A DNA stretch of 64,000 bases from Marsupella aquatica (Eukaryota; Plantae; Marchantiophyta): positions 9,014,234 to 9,078,233 of the forward strand of contig OZ316894.1 of assembly GCA_973895155.1 (NCBI GenBank). The letters run 5' to 3'. Positions 49,601-61,823 of this stretch are shown here, in pieces (position 1 is the stretch's first letter; every line of letters begins with the position of its first letter). Made by a program: the position numbers and the translations under genes. The notes beneath the pieces are model-generated. The model had not been told where the DNA came from and did no database searches. It saw only the letters and a program-made list of their open reading frames with translations.

Positions 49601-50970
49601 CAAGACGAGCCTCCGACTACACGTGAGTTTACTACTGGATTCACTGGCATCCCGTACTGCTCATTGGTGACACCCTCCAGACTGCACAAATGAGAACACG
49701 TATTAGGGTCAGCATCAGAGAACTTCCCACTTCAAGAACAATGTACCGGTACCGAGGCTGGTATTAAAATCGGTATCCTTTGTGAGTGATCGCAACATCT
49801 TATCTCCAATGATCAAATGGGATTCACTCATACCTGTAACCCATCTCGTCCATAATTGTCTTTCCAATACATGTGGCCCCTGCTTGCACCAGAGCAGCTA
49901 TTGCAGGAGCAGTGTGAGGGGCTTGGTCATGAGTGCGGGCCCAATCTGGACTTCCAAAGCCCGTGATATAGCACTCAATATCAAATCTGAATCAATCGAC
50001 CAAACATCACCACCATAGTAAACCAGGGACCGTTTTTCTTGCTTTGGTATTTCATACATATTAGCTTATCAAAGACCAGCTCAAAAGATCATTTTTTGTT
50101 ATTTGACCATTTAGTACTTGTGTGCAACGATGGCTATGGGTACTTCTCAATCCATGGGTTTTATGGTCTTGTTTTCTTTGTTCTGTAACTATTGCAGTTG
50201 TATATGAAAGTCACCGTCGGAACTTTGCAACTCTCCAAAGAATCCAGTAGTAAACAATTCTTATGTTTGAAAGTGTGTTAGTCGTAGTCAAATTCGGAAG
50301 AGCCTTTATCCTCGACTGTGTATCGACCGTGTTAATTTTCTCTAATATTGCCCCCATTCAAATTCTCTCTCATAGGTCATCAATCAGTTCGACAATTTAA
50401 TAGACATCTTGTCGAAATCGGAGATTTAGACCTCCTTTGCAGTTGAGCTCCTATAATATATGACCATATTCTGTGACATGGAGTATGACTCCTGGAAGAC
50501 ATTGGACAATTTTCGTCCCATCGCTCATTTCCGTGGCTAATTATTACTCAGGCATTGAAAAATCAAATGTTCCAACAGACCTTTATATGATTAAGCTGAA
50601 TCAAGCATTCATGCTCTCTACTGTGCCTTTCTCATTGGTTTCAATGTTTAGAAATTGTGATAACAGGGCAAAGGCAGAGCGCATACGAGTCCCTCACACC
50701 GAAAGTGAGGTCCTTCAAGGCGAGCTCAGAAGCAGGGGCAAGAGAAGGAGCCCCAGATGCTTTCAACACAAGGCGTTGAACCCAGGCACGGTAGTCCTGG
50801 ACACAGAATCCGGTGTTCTTTCGCCTGCGGATTATGAATATGATGCCACCAATACCCAACCCAACAAAGAACAACAACTTCTTCGGCAATGAATCTGCCC
50901 CCATTACCCGTTTCCCATTGGGGCTGCTGGGAGGCTGCTGTTGCTTCTCCAAACCCTTCAAGAACATCAT
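46662..50970 (-). CDS. Toc64/OM64-like amidase-signature membrane protein, multi-exon; exact start and 3' end uncertain
   Basis: N-terminal TM (LLFFVGLGIGGIIFII-RRRK). Spliced amidase motifs: LTFGVRDSFDIECYITGFGSPDW, GKTIMDEMGYS, GGSSCGSAVAV, GIDTIGDVRLPAACCGVLGFRSSHG, GWFAK and CIASMSGCP. Confidence 0.8.
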
Positions 50971-53364
50971 CCTGCCTCAGACTATGCCAGGCACACAAAC
51001 AGCCACTGAGAGTTGATTACAGTATAACTCGAGGATACTTAGACTCACTTCCTTGATCCAGATGAAGCCGCACTGTTCCTAAGCACTTTCCCATGTCTGC
51101 ACGATCATGCGCTTTCTTTTCTGTTCTGATATCTATCTAGACACCTATCTTGGCAATGAACCAATCCCTGCATTGCTCCGAGCAGGGGAACTGCCTACTC
51201 CTCCCGACCCTTTATGATGCATATTGGCTCATTGGGAGCATTCCAATAGTACTAGAAGTACTAGTATGAGAATTAAGGAGCGCACTTTCAATTTGGGTAG
51301 TGTTTCTGGAACTTCAAAGATTGATTAGTGGCAAAAAAATGATCTGCAAATTTTGGCCACAGCCCAATTTCTCTTCCTTGAGTCACGGAAATTGAATCGA
51401 TTCAACTCTGTTTTCCATCGAGTCAAACCGTTATGCAATGGTTGACAATCACTCATGTAATTCCTGTATGCTTTCCACACAGCGATCTGAACTTAATCGA
51501 TTCGAATTCTTTTTGTTCAGATTAGTTAGAACTAAGCTGAAGTCGTGGTCAAATCCATTCAATTCTCATCCAGCCAGTGCAAACCGTTTCAACTCTCACA
51601 CCCAATTTCTAATTCCTTCAAGTGTCATTCAAATCTCGCCCATCAAAACTCTGGCCCTTCGTTGACGCAATTCTTCTTCGAATCAGCTCCAGTTTCATCC
51701 AATTCCATTCGATTCGCATTCAATTTTATTCAAATCAGTCCAATTCTGAGCGTTGCGGGTGACGGCGAGATCCAGGTGAGGGCAAGAAGGCAGTGACTTG
51801 ATCAGACAGATTATGGTGGATTATGGGTCATGCTTCACCCAGTAAAATAGACAGTCTTCAATGCATCTCCGGAAGCAATGACTACTGAATCATTCTCTCC
51901 TCTGCCAGTCTGCCCATTTCATTTTGTCCCTCTCGTTTATCTCGCTCCACGTTCATCCATTTCATTCTCTGATTCGCACCATCTCGCAAGTCTACCAATA
52001 CTGTAACATACAATGGAGAGCTGCGGAAGCGCAGCACTGGAGCCCGCTTTGAATCTCTCGTTCCGTGGTTTTTGGTGCCTTTTCTATTGGTGAGTTCTCC
52101 CTTAAAATCGTTTTTTTTTTCATTTTTATTGGCTCAACCCTTTGTTCAATTGTTGGGATGGGCCCTAAAATGGCCCAAATCCTGTTCTTTAATATGTGTT
52201 GGCGTGACTGTAATTGCACATCAAATGGAGCAACTGTCCACAAGTTGAATGAAATTTTCATACTATGATAAATCTAATTCATACCATGATAAATCTAGTT
52301 GTTTTTTGTATATGATCACTGGGTGCTATTCTTTATAAGTATCTTGTTACTTGATGCTTTTTTATGTGCACTTACCATGAGCCATGACTTCTGCTATATA
52401 TTATATTGTCATAAGTACTATACAAAGTAAAGTCAAAACATAAACCCATAGTGTGGTGCCTATTGTGACCACCAACCTTTGGTCAGGGGCCTGGGGTTTT
52501 TTAGTCCTAAGAAAAATTTGAGCTTTCTCCTTGTTTTCTTGCGCCTTAATTGTTAGACTCCTTGGTAAGAGGGCATTGTGAGCTGCAATGCCCAAAATTA
52601 GAAAGTCTTATCTTGCACCGGGAGGGGCTATTATTGCACATCATGCATTTGTAACAGCCAGAAGTTGAAACACTCAAAGGCCCAACATGATGTACTTTTA
52701 TCATATTCTTAATAAGAGTAGAGTAGAAGTTTTATAATTCTCACATCCAGATCTGAGCTGTGCATTCTTTTCTATAAAAACACCCAAAATAACAAAGAGA
52801 AAAGTCATAAAGGGTGTTGAAATTGGTGAACTTTTCTTCAAATGTAATGCACTCAATGCTGGAATATATCAAATTATTCATTATTGACTAAAAGTCTTAA
52901 TCATGAATGAAAAGTAAGATCATCATTGGCAGCCACGGTCTGTACTTGCAGAAAAATCACTAGCCAGATTTAATTTGAGTTTACATTCTTTGAATGTATC
53001 TGTTTTGATATGAAACAGTTTTCTCTTCTTTGCTCTTCTCCCTCGTCCATCAGTATGTCACAAGTCAGAATGGTAAGGCAATGAACAGAATATCAGCATT
53101 CTAATATCGTCTTCAGCTGAATAGGGGTTCCACAAGCTCACAAGACAATTTCTGCCTTCCCGTTAAATTATCATAATACTAGGTCATAAGAGAACATCAC
53201 ACAATTTGTGTTAATCAAGCCAATCATTGTTTGACGATAGTCATTGTCTACTATAGTACATCGGGATTTGGTATCATTGGTACTCTATGGAAGAATATTT
53301 AGTGTCAATGGCATTGGGTCTTTTGGGGTGACTAATCCAAACATTCAAACTGTTTCATCACAGT

Positions 53365-53657
53365 AAATGTATTGGACCAGTGCAAATAACCAGACACAAA
53401 CTGTTAAGGCCCATGATTCAAGCAAAGACTTCCCTTGATGAGTTCAACCATTACCCACACACATACCAGAGACAACTTGTCATAGTATCACTAAATTTCT
53501 CGGCTGCACAACAAGGCAACCTATAATTGGAACCTAACTGAACAGGGATCATCACTTCAGATAGAAAGAAGAAAATCAACTTCATGACAGAGAGACTTAG
53601 CTAACCATGGCTAACTTTTCATACTCAGCAGTTCCAACTATGTGCACACTAGCGGCC
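53365..53657. repeat. Diverged ~290-bp direct duplicate of SPL2 intron-1 segment 55922-56213
   Basis: Shared colinear blocks: ATAACCAGACACA, GACTTCCCTTGA, TTCAACCATTAC, TATCACTAAATTTCTC, AGGGATCATCA, CAGAGAGAC, CATGGCTAA and CACTAGCGG. Confidence 0.85.
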
Positions 53658-53814
53658 CAGCAATGTTGAGGTCAACAATCTCATCCGACTGTAAACTGCT
53701 CCTCAAGAAATATCAAGGACCTAGAATTTGAGGCTCTCAATATCACACGTAAACTGTTTTGTGCATCCTTCCAATTTGCTTTAAAATAGAAACTCCTGAG
53801 CCATTTCCTATTGC

Positions 53815-56681
53815 TTAACTATCAAACACACGGACATAGCCTGTCACAGACTGTCTACAGACAGGACACCGGGCACTGACGCCCCGCTCAATCCTTTGAG
53901 CACAACTCACACAGCAGACTCGATGTCCACAAAATATAAATGCTGCCCTTCTCCTCCGCAATAAGCACACGACACACAATTCTCCATCTGGTAAATCGGT
54001 GACATCCTCTAAGTCATATTCCACTAAAATCCCATTTTGCCTTGTCTCCTCTTCCCTCCTTTGTCTCTCTCGTTGTCTAGTTTTCCACTTGGTCCAGTTT
54101 CTGCACCCACTCAAAATTAACCTGAGTCTTGACTCAATGGAGTAGATATAATTGAATGACTAAGTATACATATAATCAAGTTACACCTTGTTTCAGACAA
54201 AATTCAATGAATGAATAAAATCAAAATTGAACTACCAAGATTCTCAGATACATTCAGGATGACACCAAGAGTGGCACCAGGAGCTTACTTTACAAAAGAA
54301 TAGCTCAAAATTGCTGCTGTTATTGTGGTCACAGCAATGCCTGTCCACAATAGAACCTTTGTTAGAGTGGCCAATTCTGCCACAATTTGCTCGTGGGTAC
54401 CCTCTGATCTGTTCAAGATAAAGGAAACCATCAATGTTATTCACCCTGAAAGAATTTTAGCAGTGGTGATGACAACAATCAGAACAATGTCTAGTAAGGT
54501 CATTGATAATAAGCTACGTTCAACTATTTGTCCCTAACACAAGCTTCACCCTCATCCTCCGCTTGTACAGGTGCTACTTGCCAAACAGATTGAAAATCAC
54601 ATCAAAACTTCCCTACAAATAGCAAAGAGGAGCAGTAATGTTAAATCTGGCACCTACAAAAAGCATGGTAAATGCTTGCAGGCACGTATTATTGGGTTCC
54701 CATCAGAGGATGTGCTAAGTATGCCAACAGCAGTAATCTCCTTGCCAATTGGAAGAATTTTCTCTTCATCAAGCAGGCCAATCTACAAAGCAGAAACCAA
54801 TGTAGAAGAGCTGAATGTGAGATTGATCAATTGCACAAAGGAAAAATTAATTGTAACTATACAAGTTTAAAATTTCCATATGAAAATATATAAGCTGAGA
54901 AAAGAGACAGACCGGGTAGCGTCGGCCAAACATAGCCTGGAAGAATGTGTATGAAGTTGTTGGTATAGGATCCATCTTATGATACACTGTGACAAGAGGT
55001 AGCGGTTGACTCAGTGGGTCATCCAGCTGGATATGAACATAAACTTGTAGTTGTGTTGAGTCTTGATTAGAGCTACTCCCAGTTATTACAAATGGCACCT
55101 GCACATAATCATAGACAGACTAAACATGTATATTCCCGACAAAAGCCAAAGAAGAGATTTGCATATACATTATTGTGTACTCAATAGCGAGCAGCTAGCA
55201 GGAAAAGGTAACTAAATAATTACAAATTTGGTAACTAAATAATCCACATGTCCCAGATGTCCTTGATTTAATTCATACCTTCTGGAAAGTCACTTCTAAT
55301 GTTGGATGACACAAGTCCAAAGAAAAAGAATGGCAGTAACAGTGAAGAAAGATTAAACTGTACCTTTGGGGAAATTACCTACTCAATGCACATCCAGCTA
55401 CTCTTACTCAAAAACATCATTCTTACTTTGCATTGCCTGACTTCCATAATCTACAAACATTAAGCAGCTTCAAACCCTCAAAACATCTTTTTTCCAACTG
55501 AGAACTTATTACTCAACACTTTCAAAATAAATTGCTTCTCCTTTGTAAAACTGCATATATTCCTTACAGCTTTCCAGCTACAATTACCCACAACGAATTC
55601 ACATCATTAAACCAAAGTAGTGGCATGCATAAACATTGAGATTCTTCACAACAATCAAACAGCCAATTATGCATAGTTACCTTCCGCCTTGAGATAGTAA
55701 CTTGCTCCTTAAGAGAACCCCATCCCAATAGGCCCTTCCACTCACAGTCCCACCCAAAAATTCCTCTCCATTCATTGTACAAGCACTGGGAGCAACAACA
55801 CAGAGAAGCAGAACAGGACAAAATCCCAAGATTAGAGCTCTGCATTACCATACCATTTTTCGTGTGAGCGTGACCAGGTCTTTTTGGGTAATCCACCCCA
55901 ACAAACTGTTCATCTCAATGTGAATGTACTGAGACAGTGCAATAACCAGACACAGATTGTTAAGCCCCCGTTATTTGAGCAAATGACTTCCCTTGACTTC
56001 AACCATTACGCAAACACCAGAAGCTAGAGAAGTCATGTGCTCTTATCACTAAATTTCTCAGCTGCAAAATACATTCACTGGCCTGATTGGAATAGGGATC
56101 ATCAGTTTTGATAGAAATAGGAAAAGGAACATTATGGCGGATGCTACAGAGAGACCTAGCTAAACCATCATGGCTAAGTTTTCCGAGTTGACCATGCTTC
56201 TGTGCACTAGCGGTTGTGGTAAGGTAATAACCGTTTGAGTCCTCTCCACAAACACTCCTTTCTCGCTTCCATTTTGGGCCATCAATGCATCACACTCACC
56301 CTTCATTTCTGTTGATTGCACTGCAGTTCTTGGGTACACCCTGCCCCTCACGATAACTAATTTTGGCTCCTGCTTAGCTACTGACTCTTGGGTTGGTCTT
56401 CCAACAACCAAGTCCTCATTTAAAATGGCCAACTTCCAAGAGTTTGGAACTGGTTTCCGAGAATCTTTGTTACTCTTATCCTCCTCCTTCACAAGATTGC
56501 GCAGATCAGCTATTCTGGTGACCAGGGTTTCATGGATCTGCTTGAGGGCCACTGAATGTGACCAAAACTTCATCCAAGTCCTCACAGCCAAGAACCCCAT
56601 CCCTAGGCCAAGCACAACTCCATCACCGGCTAGAGCAATCCTAGCAATTGTTGCACAGAGCTCCTCATCATGATGGGACAT
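53815..56681 (-). CDS. SPL2: SPL2-like (SP1 family) RING E3 ubiquitin ligase, 423 aa
   Basis: Exons 56681-56232, 55785-55681, 55098-54913, 54782-54658, 54408-54289 and 54100-53815 total 1272 nt in frame. Architecture is TM-GIDE-TM with a C-terminal C3HC4 RING (CVVC..CGHRVCC..C..CPVC). The N-terminus IALAGDGVVLGL resembles SPL2. Confidence 0.88.
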
Positions 56682-59406
56682 TCTGCCTCTTCAAACTCAA
56701 TATTCTTTGTCTTCAACTGTTGCCACTACTATACCACAGTCAACCTAATTCAAACAAACAATGTCTTTTGCTCTCACCCCCACTGGTCCAGCCACTGCTC
56801 CCACATTAATCCAATGTGTGAAGACAATCTCTTCAAACAAGGAGTCCAATTGAACAAAAGGATGATTATGATCAACCGCCTGCAGAATGACTCAGTCTAG
56901 TATGTTGACTGCATGCTCCTTTGATCTCTTTGCCATTGTCTTGGTGTTTTAGCAAGTTTTCTTTGCGTGGTTTTCTTTGTCTGTCAATGGTGCTCTCATC
57001 TTTTGGACAAGGGTATGGTAGTTTCTCCAAATGTTGGATATGAAAAACAGTTGAGGTGAACATTGGACGACCCATCAGATCCAAAGTTTGTCAAACCCTA
57101 ATCTAGAACCTGATTTCCATTCTCATCTCCTTTGCAAAACCCTAACTCACATCACATCTGTCAAACATCCGTTCACGCTAATAACCTGACTTAATTGTCT
57201 CACTAACACAGTCCAGCAAGCATTCCTAGCAGAGGACATAATGTGACTCAATCTTGCACAAAACCTACACCAATCCTCTGAAGCAATCAAGCAAACAATG
57301 TTTGTACGTACAACCCAAAAGGCAATCACAGACTGCAGAAATCAGAGAAAGATATAGGAAAATTGAATCGTTTCTAGGACAAACTAAGCAGAGCAGATCA
57401 ACCAAAATCCCCGCCGGGATCATGAACATGCATGATGCACGCATTTTGACAGTAAAGAATGATATGGACAAAAGCTGGTGCTCAATCAAACTGTTGATGC
57501 CTTTGACAACTTCTGTAGTTAAAATGATGTCTATAGGATGCCCAGAAATATTGTTGCGTCAATTTGCAAGGTGATTGATTACAAAGTGGGAAGCAGATCA
57601 AATGGAATAAGAAATTGGCACAAAGAGGCCAATGTGGTCTACATTCAGGGCTCTTGAAACATTGCTCATAATATTGCATTCACAAATTTGCATTCAGATT
57701 GTGTAGCATTTTGGGTTAGATGCTCATGACCTAAGAGCTCCTCACTTGTATTGTGCCTCACATGCTGATTGATGTTTACTATTTTGCAAAAACTAATCAC
57801 AAGTTTTGAGATTGTACTTAAGCTAGCCAGGGGCCATCTTCACCTTGCTGGCCAAACTTGCCATAACACATATACTCTTAGTTTAAACTTTACAAGGAAC
57901 AAAAAGCTTATATCACTAGTTTCACTTGGTACACTGCCTCCTTTCTTCTCTTCTAGAGGCAACCCCAAATATCTTACTTGCACACAGGCTGGGGTGAAAA
58001 GCTTAAACTTGGGGCCAAGTGCATGACATTTCCAGGCTTGTCCACACTAGCTCGAATACAGTGTCCATGCACAGGAAGGGCTCCTTGTACCCAGACTCAC
58101 ATGCCCATCGTCCTCTGTCACAAGCATAATCTAAATATCAAAAACTTATTGTCAAAGAACTTCCGGCCAATGCCTTCACTCATATGAGCAGGTCACAAAG
58201 GGTAGACTTCAATTGTTAGCATAGATCTGCAAGTCATAGAACTGTGACTTACTTACTCTTTGGTCACTGACTTCGTAGTAATGTGTTCTTCAGAAACATA
58301 GGCTTTGTTTGGGTAAAGGGTGAGGATTGGGCTTTGACATGTCATAGAACGTACTGTTTGTGGAGGCTACACTTCAACATCTTCAATGATGTACAATCAT
58401 CCGAAACAACAAATTCATTGTAGAAATCTTTGTGAGCCCTACCTGTTGGCTCTAATTCATACATTCTTCATGTCTGCTAACCAAGAAAGGCTTGCATAGC
58501 CTCAGTACGTTATACCCCAAGATTTTGGCCAATAAGTTCTATCAAGTCTTTTGGTTCTCTACTTTAAGAACTTATCACTATATTCATTAAAAGTGGAATT
58601 ATAAAGAAGATTTGGAAATTTGGGCATTTAAAAACACACTTTTAGGCATAAGAATTGTAAATTTGAAGGATGAAAAATGAAAATTTAAGCATCATGAATT
58701 ATAAATTTGGGGCAAAAAAATAGACATTTGGGCAAAGAAAATATTAATTTGGATAATATTAAAAAACATTTGGGTGATAAAAAGTGTTCATTTGGTTGAA
58801 AATAGATAGAACTTGTGTAATAACACATAAGCTTGGATAGCATCTATACTCAAAACATCTAGCTTGGATAGGATCATTATCTAAGCAACAATGAAATGCT
58901 AGACAAGTTAAATATCTTATATTCAAATTAGGATGACATCCAAGTAACTTAGAACTGCCATCATTTTCTAGAAATATATGTACTAAGACAAAAATAACAA
59001 TAATTATCAAAAAGTCCATTCAATAAGTAAGAGAGATCATAGAGTATTTGATTGCAAGCCTTGTTCTCTCACTTAGAGCATCCGCACCGGTTTTGCGGGC
59101 CAACCCTGCCAAAGGGAAATTTGTCGCGGCCCTTTGGAGGCCTGCATCGTGATATGGCCAGGGCGCGCAATAGGCATTGCACCCGTGCCTTGTAAATCGA
59201 CGCCTGAAAACTGTTAACTCGTGTTCGAACCAGAGCAACCCAGGTTCGAACTTTCTCCCCGATGCAGGAGCTCGTCGCGGCTGCTGCGACAATGGAAAAA
59301 TCTACGAGCAAGAACTGAGGCTTCCTCGCTGAAACTCCATAGCTGCGCCCCTTCTAGCTTTTCGCGAGAGTAAGAAGTTTGTCTGATTTCATAGGATTTC
59401 TATCAC

Positions 59407-60816
59407 ATGGATCATCTTGAAGTATGGAGATTGAATTTGCGCTTGCAGATTGAAGATGAGCTTAATTCAATGGAGGAGGAGCAAGATTTCTGGGAGAGGG
59501 CTACACTCGCTGGCCCCTTGTCTCTCCAAGGGCTCGGTACATTTGAGCAGAAACAACGCAAACGAGGTGGGGGATCAGTGCCTGGGAAGAGGCCCAATAA
59601 AGATCGAAAGAGAGAGCAGGGACATCAAGTAATTTGGGATGATTACTTTGCAGAGAATTGTACGTATGACAACAGAGATTTTCGACGTAGGTTTAGGATG
59701 ACGAGAAGATTGTTTCACAAAATTCACGTAGCAGTTTGTGCACATGATAGCTTCTTCCAACAGAGGCGAGATGCTGCAAACAAAATGGGGTTATCTGGTC
59801 TTCAAAAAATCATAGCTGCGCTTCGACAATTGGCTTTTGGCATTGGGGCGGATGCTACAGACGAATACTGTAGACTTGGAGAGTCCACAGCTAGGAAGTC
59901 ATTGTACAGATTCTGCCTGGCAATTCAACAATTGTATGAGGAAAAATACTTGAGGAAACCAGACAAGAGTGACTTCCTGAGATTGTTGGCTGTGAATGAA
60001 AGCAGAGGGTTCCCAGGAATGTTTGCTTCGTTAGACTGCATGCACTATGAGTGGAAAAACTGCCCTGTGGCTTGGCAAGGGCAATTCACAGACAAAGATG
60101 GGAACAAATCAATAGTCCTTGAGGCAATTGCAGATCAGGAGCTTTGGATTTGGCATGCCTTCTTTGGCTTGCCTGGCGGTAACAATGACTTGAATGTCTT
60201 GGACAGATCTCCTCTGGTGAATGACATGTTGCACCAGCACTATGACCAACTGAACTACACCATCAATGGCACAGAGTACAAGAGAGCTTACCTCTTGGTG
60301 GATGGAATTTACCCCAAGTGGTCATGTTTTGTGACAACTTTTCACAAGCCCCAGACACAAAAGAAATGCTTTTTTGCCAAGTGCCAAGAGGCTGCTAGAA
60401 AAGATGTTGAAAGAGCCTTTGGAGTTCTTCAAGCGAGATGGGGAATTGTGAAGCAGCCAGCAAGAGCTTGGCATCTAGATAGGGTGCATACAATTTTGAT
60501 GGCTTGCATTGTCCTTCACAACATGATTATCGAGGATGAGAGAGGGGAGGAGCATGAAGATTTTCGGGCAGAGGCAGGTCCTTTGCTGGCTGTTCAGAGA
60601 GGGCGAATGCCCTGGAGAGACTACCTAGCTGCCACAAGAGAGCTGGAGAATTCAACCAGTTGGAACACCCTCAGAAATGATTTAATTGAACATTTGTGGA
60701 AACAGAAGGGTGACATCCGATTGGAAGAGTACGAAATGCCTAGAAGCATTGTACGAAAATACATGAACAATAAAACTTTTATTCAGCTGTGTGGTATACA
60801 AAAGTCAGCTTTGTAG
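59407..60816 (+). CDS. PIF/Harbinger DDE transposase (HARBI1/ALP1-like), 469 aa
   Basis: FRRRFRM and RGFPGMFASLDCMH(D)...YLLVDGIYP(D)...RKDVERAFGVLQARW(E)...ACIVLHNMIIEDE. The ORF is uninterrupted. Confidence 0.96.
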   Translation: MDHLEVWRLNLRLQIEDELNSMEEEQDFWERATLAGPLSLQGLGTFEQKQRKRGGGSVPGKRPNKDRKREQGHQVIWDDYFAENCTYDNRDFRRRFRMTRRLFHKIHVAVCAHDSFFQQRRDAANKMGLSGLQKIIAALRQLAFGIGADATDEYCRLGESTARKSLYRFCLAIQQLYEEKYLRKPDKSDFLRLLAVNESRGFPGMFASLDCMHYEWKNCPVAWQGQFTDKDGNKSIVLEAIADQELWIWHAFFGLPGGNNDLNVLDRSPLVNDMLHQHYDQLNYTINGTEYKRAYLLVDGIYPKWSCFVTTFHKPQTQKKCFFAKCQEAARKDVERAFGVLQARWGIVKQPARAWHLDRVHTILMACIVLHNMIIEDERGEEHEDFRAEAGPLLAVQRGRMPWRDYLAATRELENSTSWNTLRNDLIEHLWKQKGDIRLEEYEMPRSIVRKYMNNKTFIQLCGIQKSAL

Positions 60817-61823
60817 AACTTTGGCAGAGCTGTGTGCTATACAAAATTCAACTTTGTAGAACTTTCTCTCTACGTACTGTAAGACAATATCTTCAACATT
60901 GACGTCAATGGCAGTGCACAAAAATGATGTGCAAAGACCGATACCGACCCACAACCGTTCAAGTGTCAAATTGATCTTCTTCCTCATTGTTGTCTGACTC
61001 CTGTAGGTTGCGAAGGAGGGCTCGCTCATACAAATTTGAAGCCCACTCATTCAGCACATAGTGAACGACAGGAGTCTTCTGTCTCGGTTGCTGTGGGGCC
61101 TTCTCCTTTGCAATGGGAGTTTTACTATGCATGGGCCTCACAATGGATGGCACTGGCTGTGAACGAGCAGTGGAGCTTTCCGAGCTCGAAGTTGACATAC
61201 TTGATGAGGGCCGGTACTTTCAGGTCGAATAGCTTCCTCAGCCCCTACGCACACCAATACCACGACCTCCCAACACCTAATTGAACCTGAAATAAGGAGC
61301 TTTGGGCAACTCCTTTCTCCAGATATTACAGATTTGTGAAGGCGAAATTTCAGCAGGCTTTCCCCAGGCAAGAAAATGCAAGCAAGATAGGCCAAAAAAC
61401 GCAAGCTTCTCAAACCTGCTTGCACACAAAAACACAAGCTGTTGGAAATCCTGGTGTGCACAATAAAAGACCATGAAACTTGCCCCAGCCTGGTGACAAG
61501 ACTGAGAAGATGTTAGGCCTGTACCGAGAAGCTCACATGTCTGTACCGTGGGAGCTCTAAAGGTCTGTACAATGGAGCTCTCAGGTCTGTACCGTGGGAG
61601 ACAAGGCCATACTGAATTGCCTGACATTGGGGCACACAATCTTACAAGCTTGTACATGTGACAATTGGGGCATGCACGCTTCACAAATTAATTGCAGAGC
61701 ATAATTGAGTCACAAATTTGAGTCACAATTTACCAGCATTGGTCCAAAAAACTTCAATTTAGAATTGAGTACATATACGCATATAAAGTGAAACATGAAA
61801 AAAATTCTAAGAATTTTAATTGA

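Noticed and set aside
51380-51750. TTCAATTC/AATC-rich stretch upstream of the Toc64-like gene
   Set aside because: Low-complexity, with no definable unit, TIR or TSD.
55922-56213. Formal C/D snoRNA call
   Set aside because: The D box is not conserved between copies and no rRNA guide was identified; kept only as a finding.
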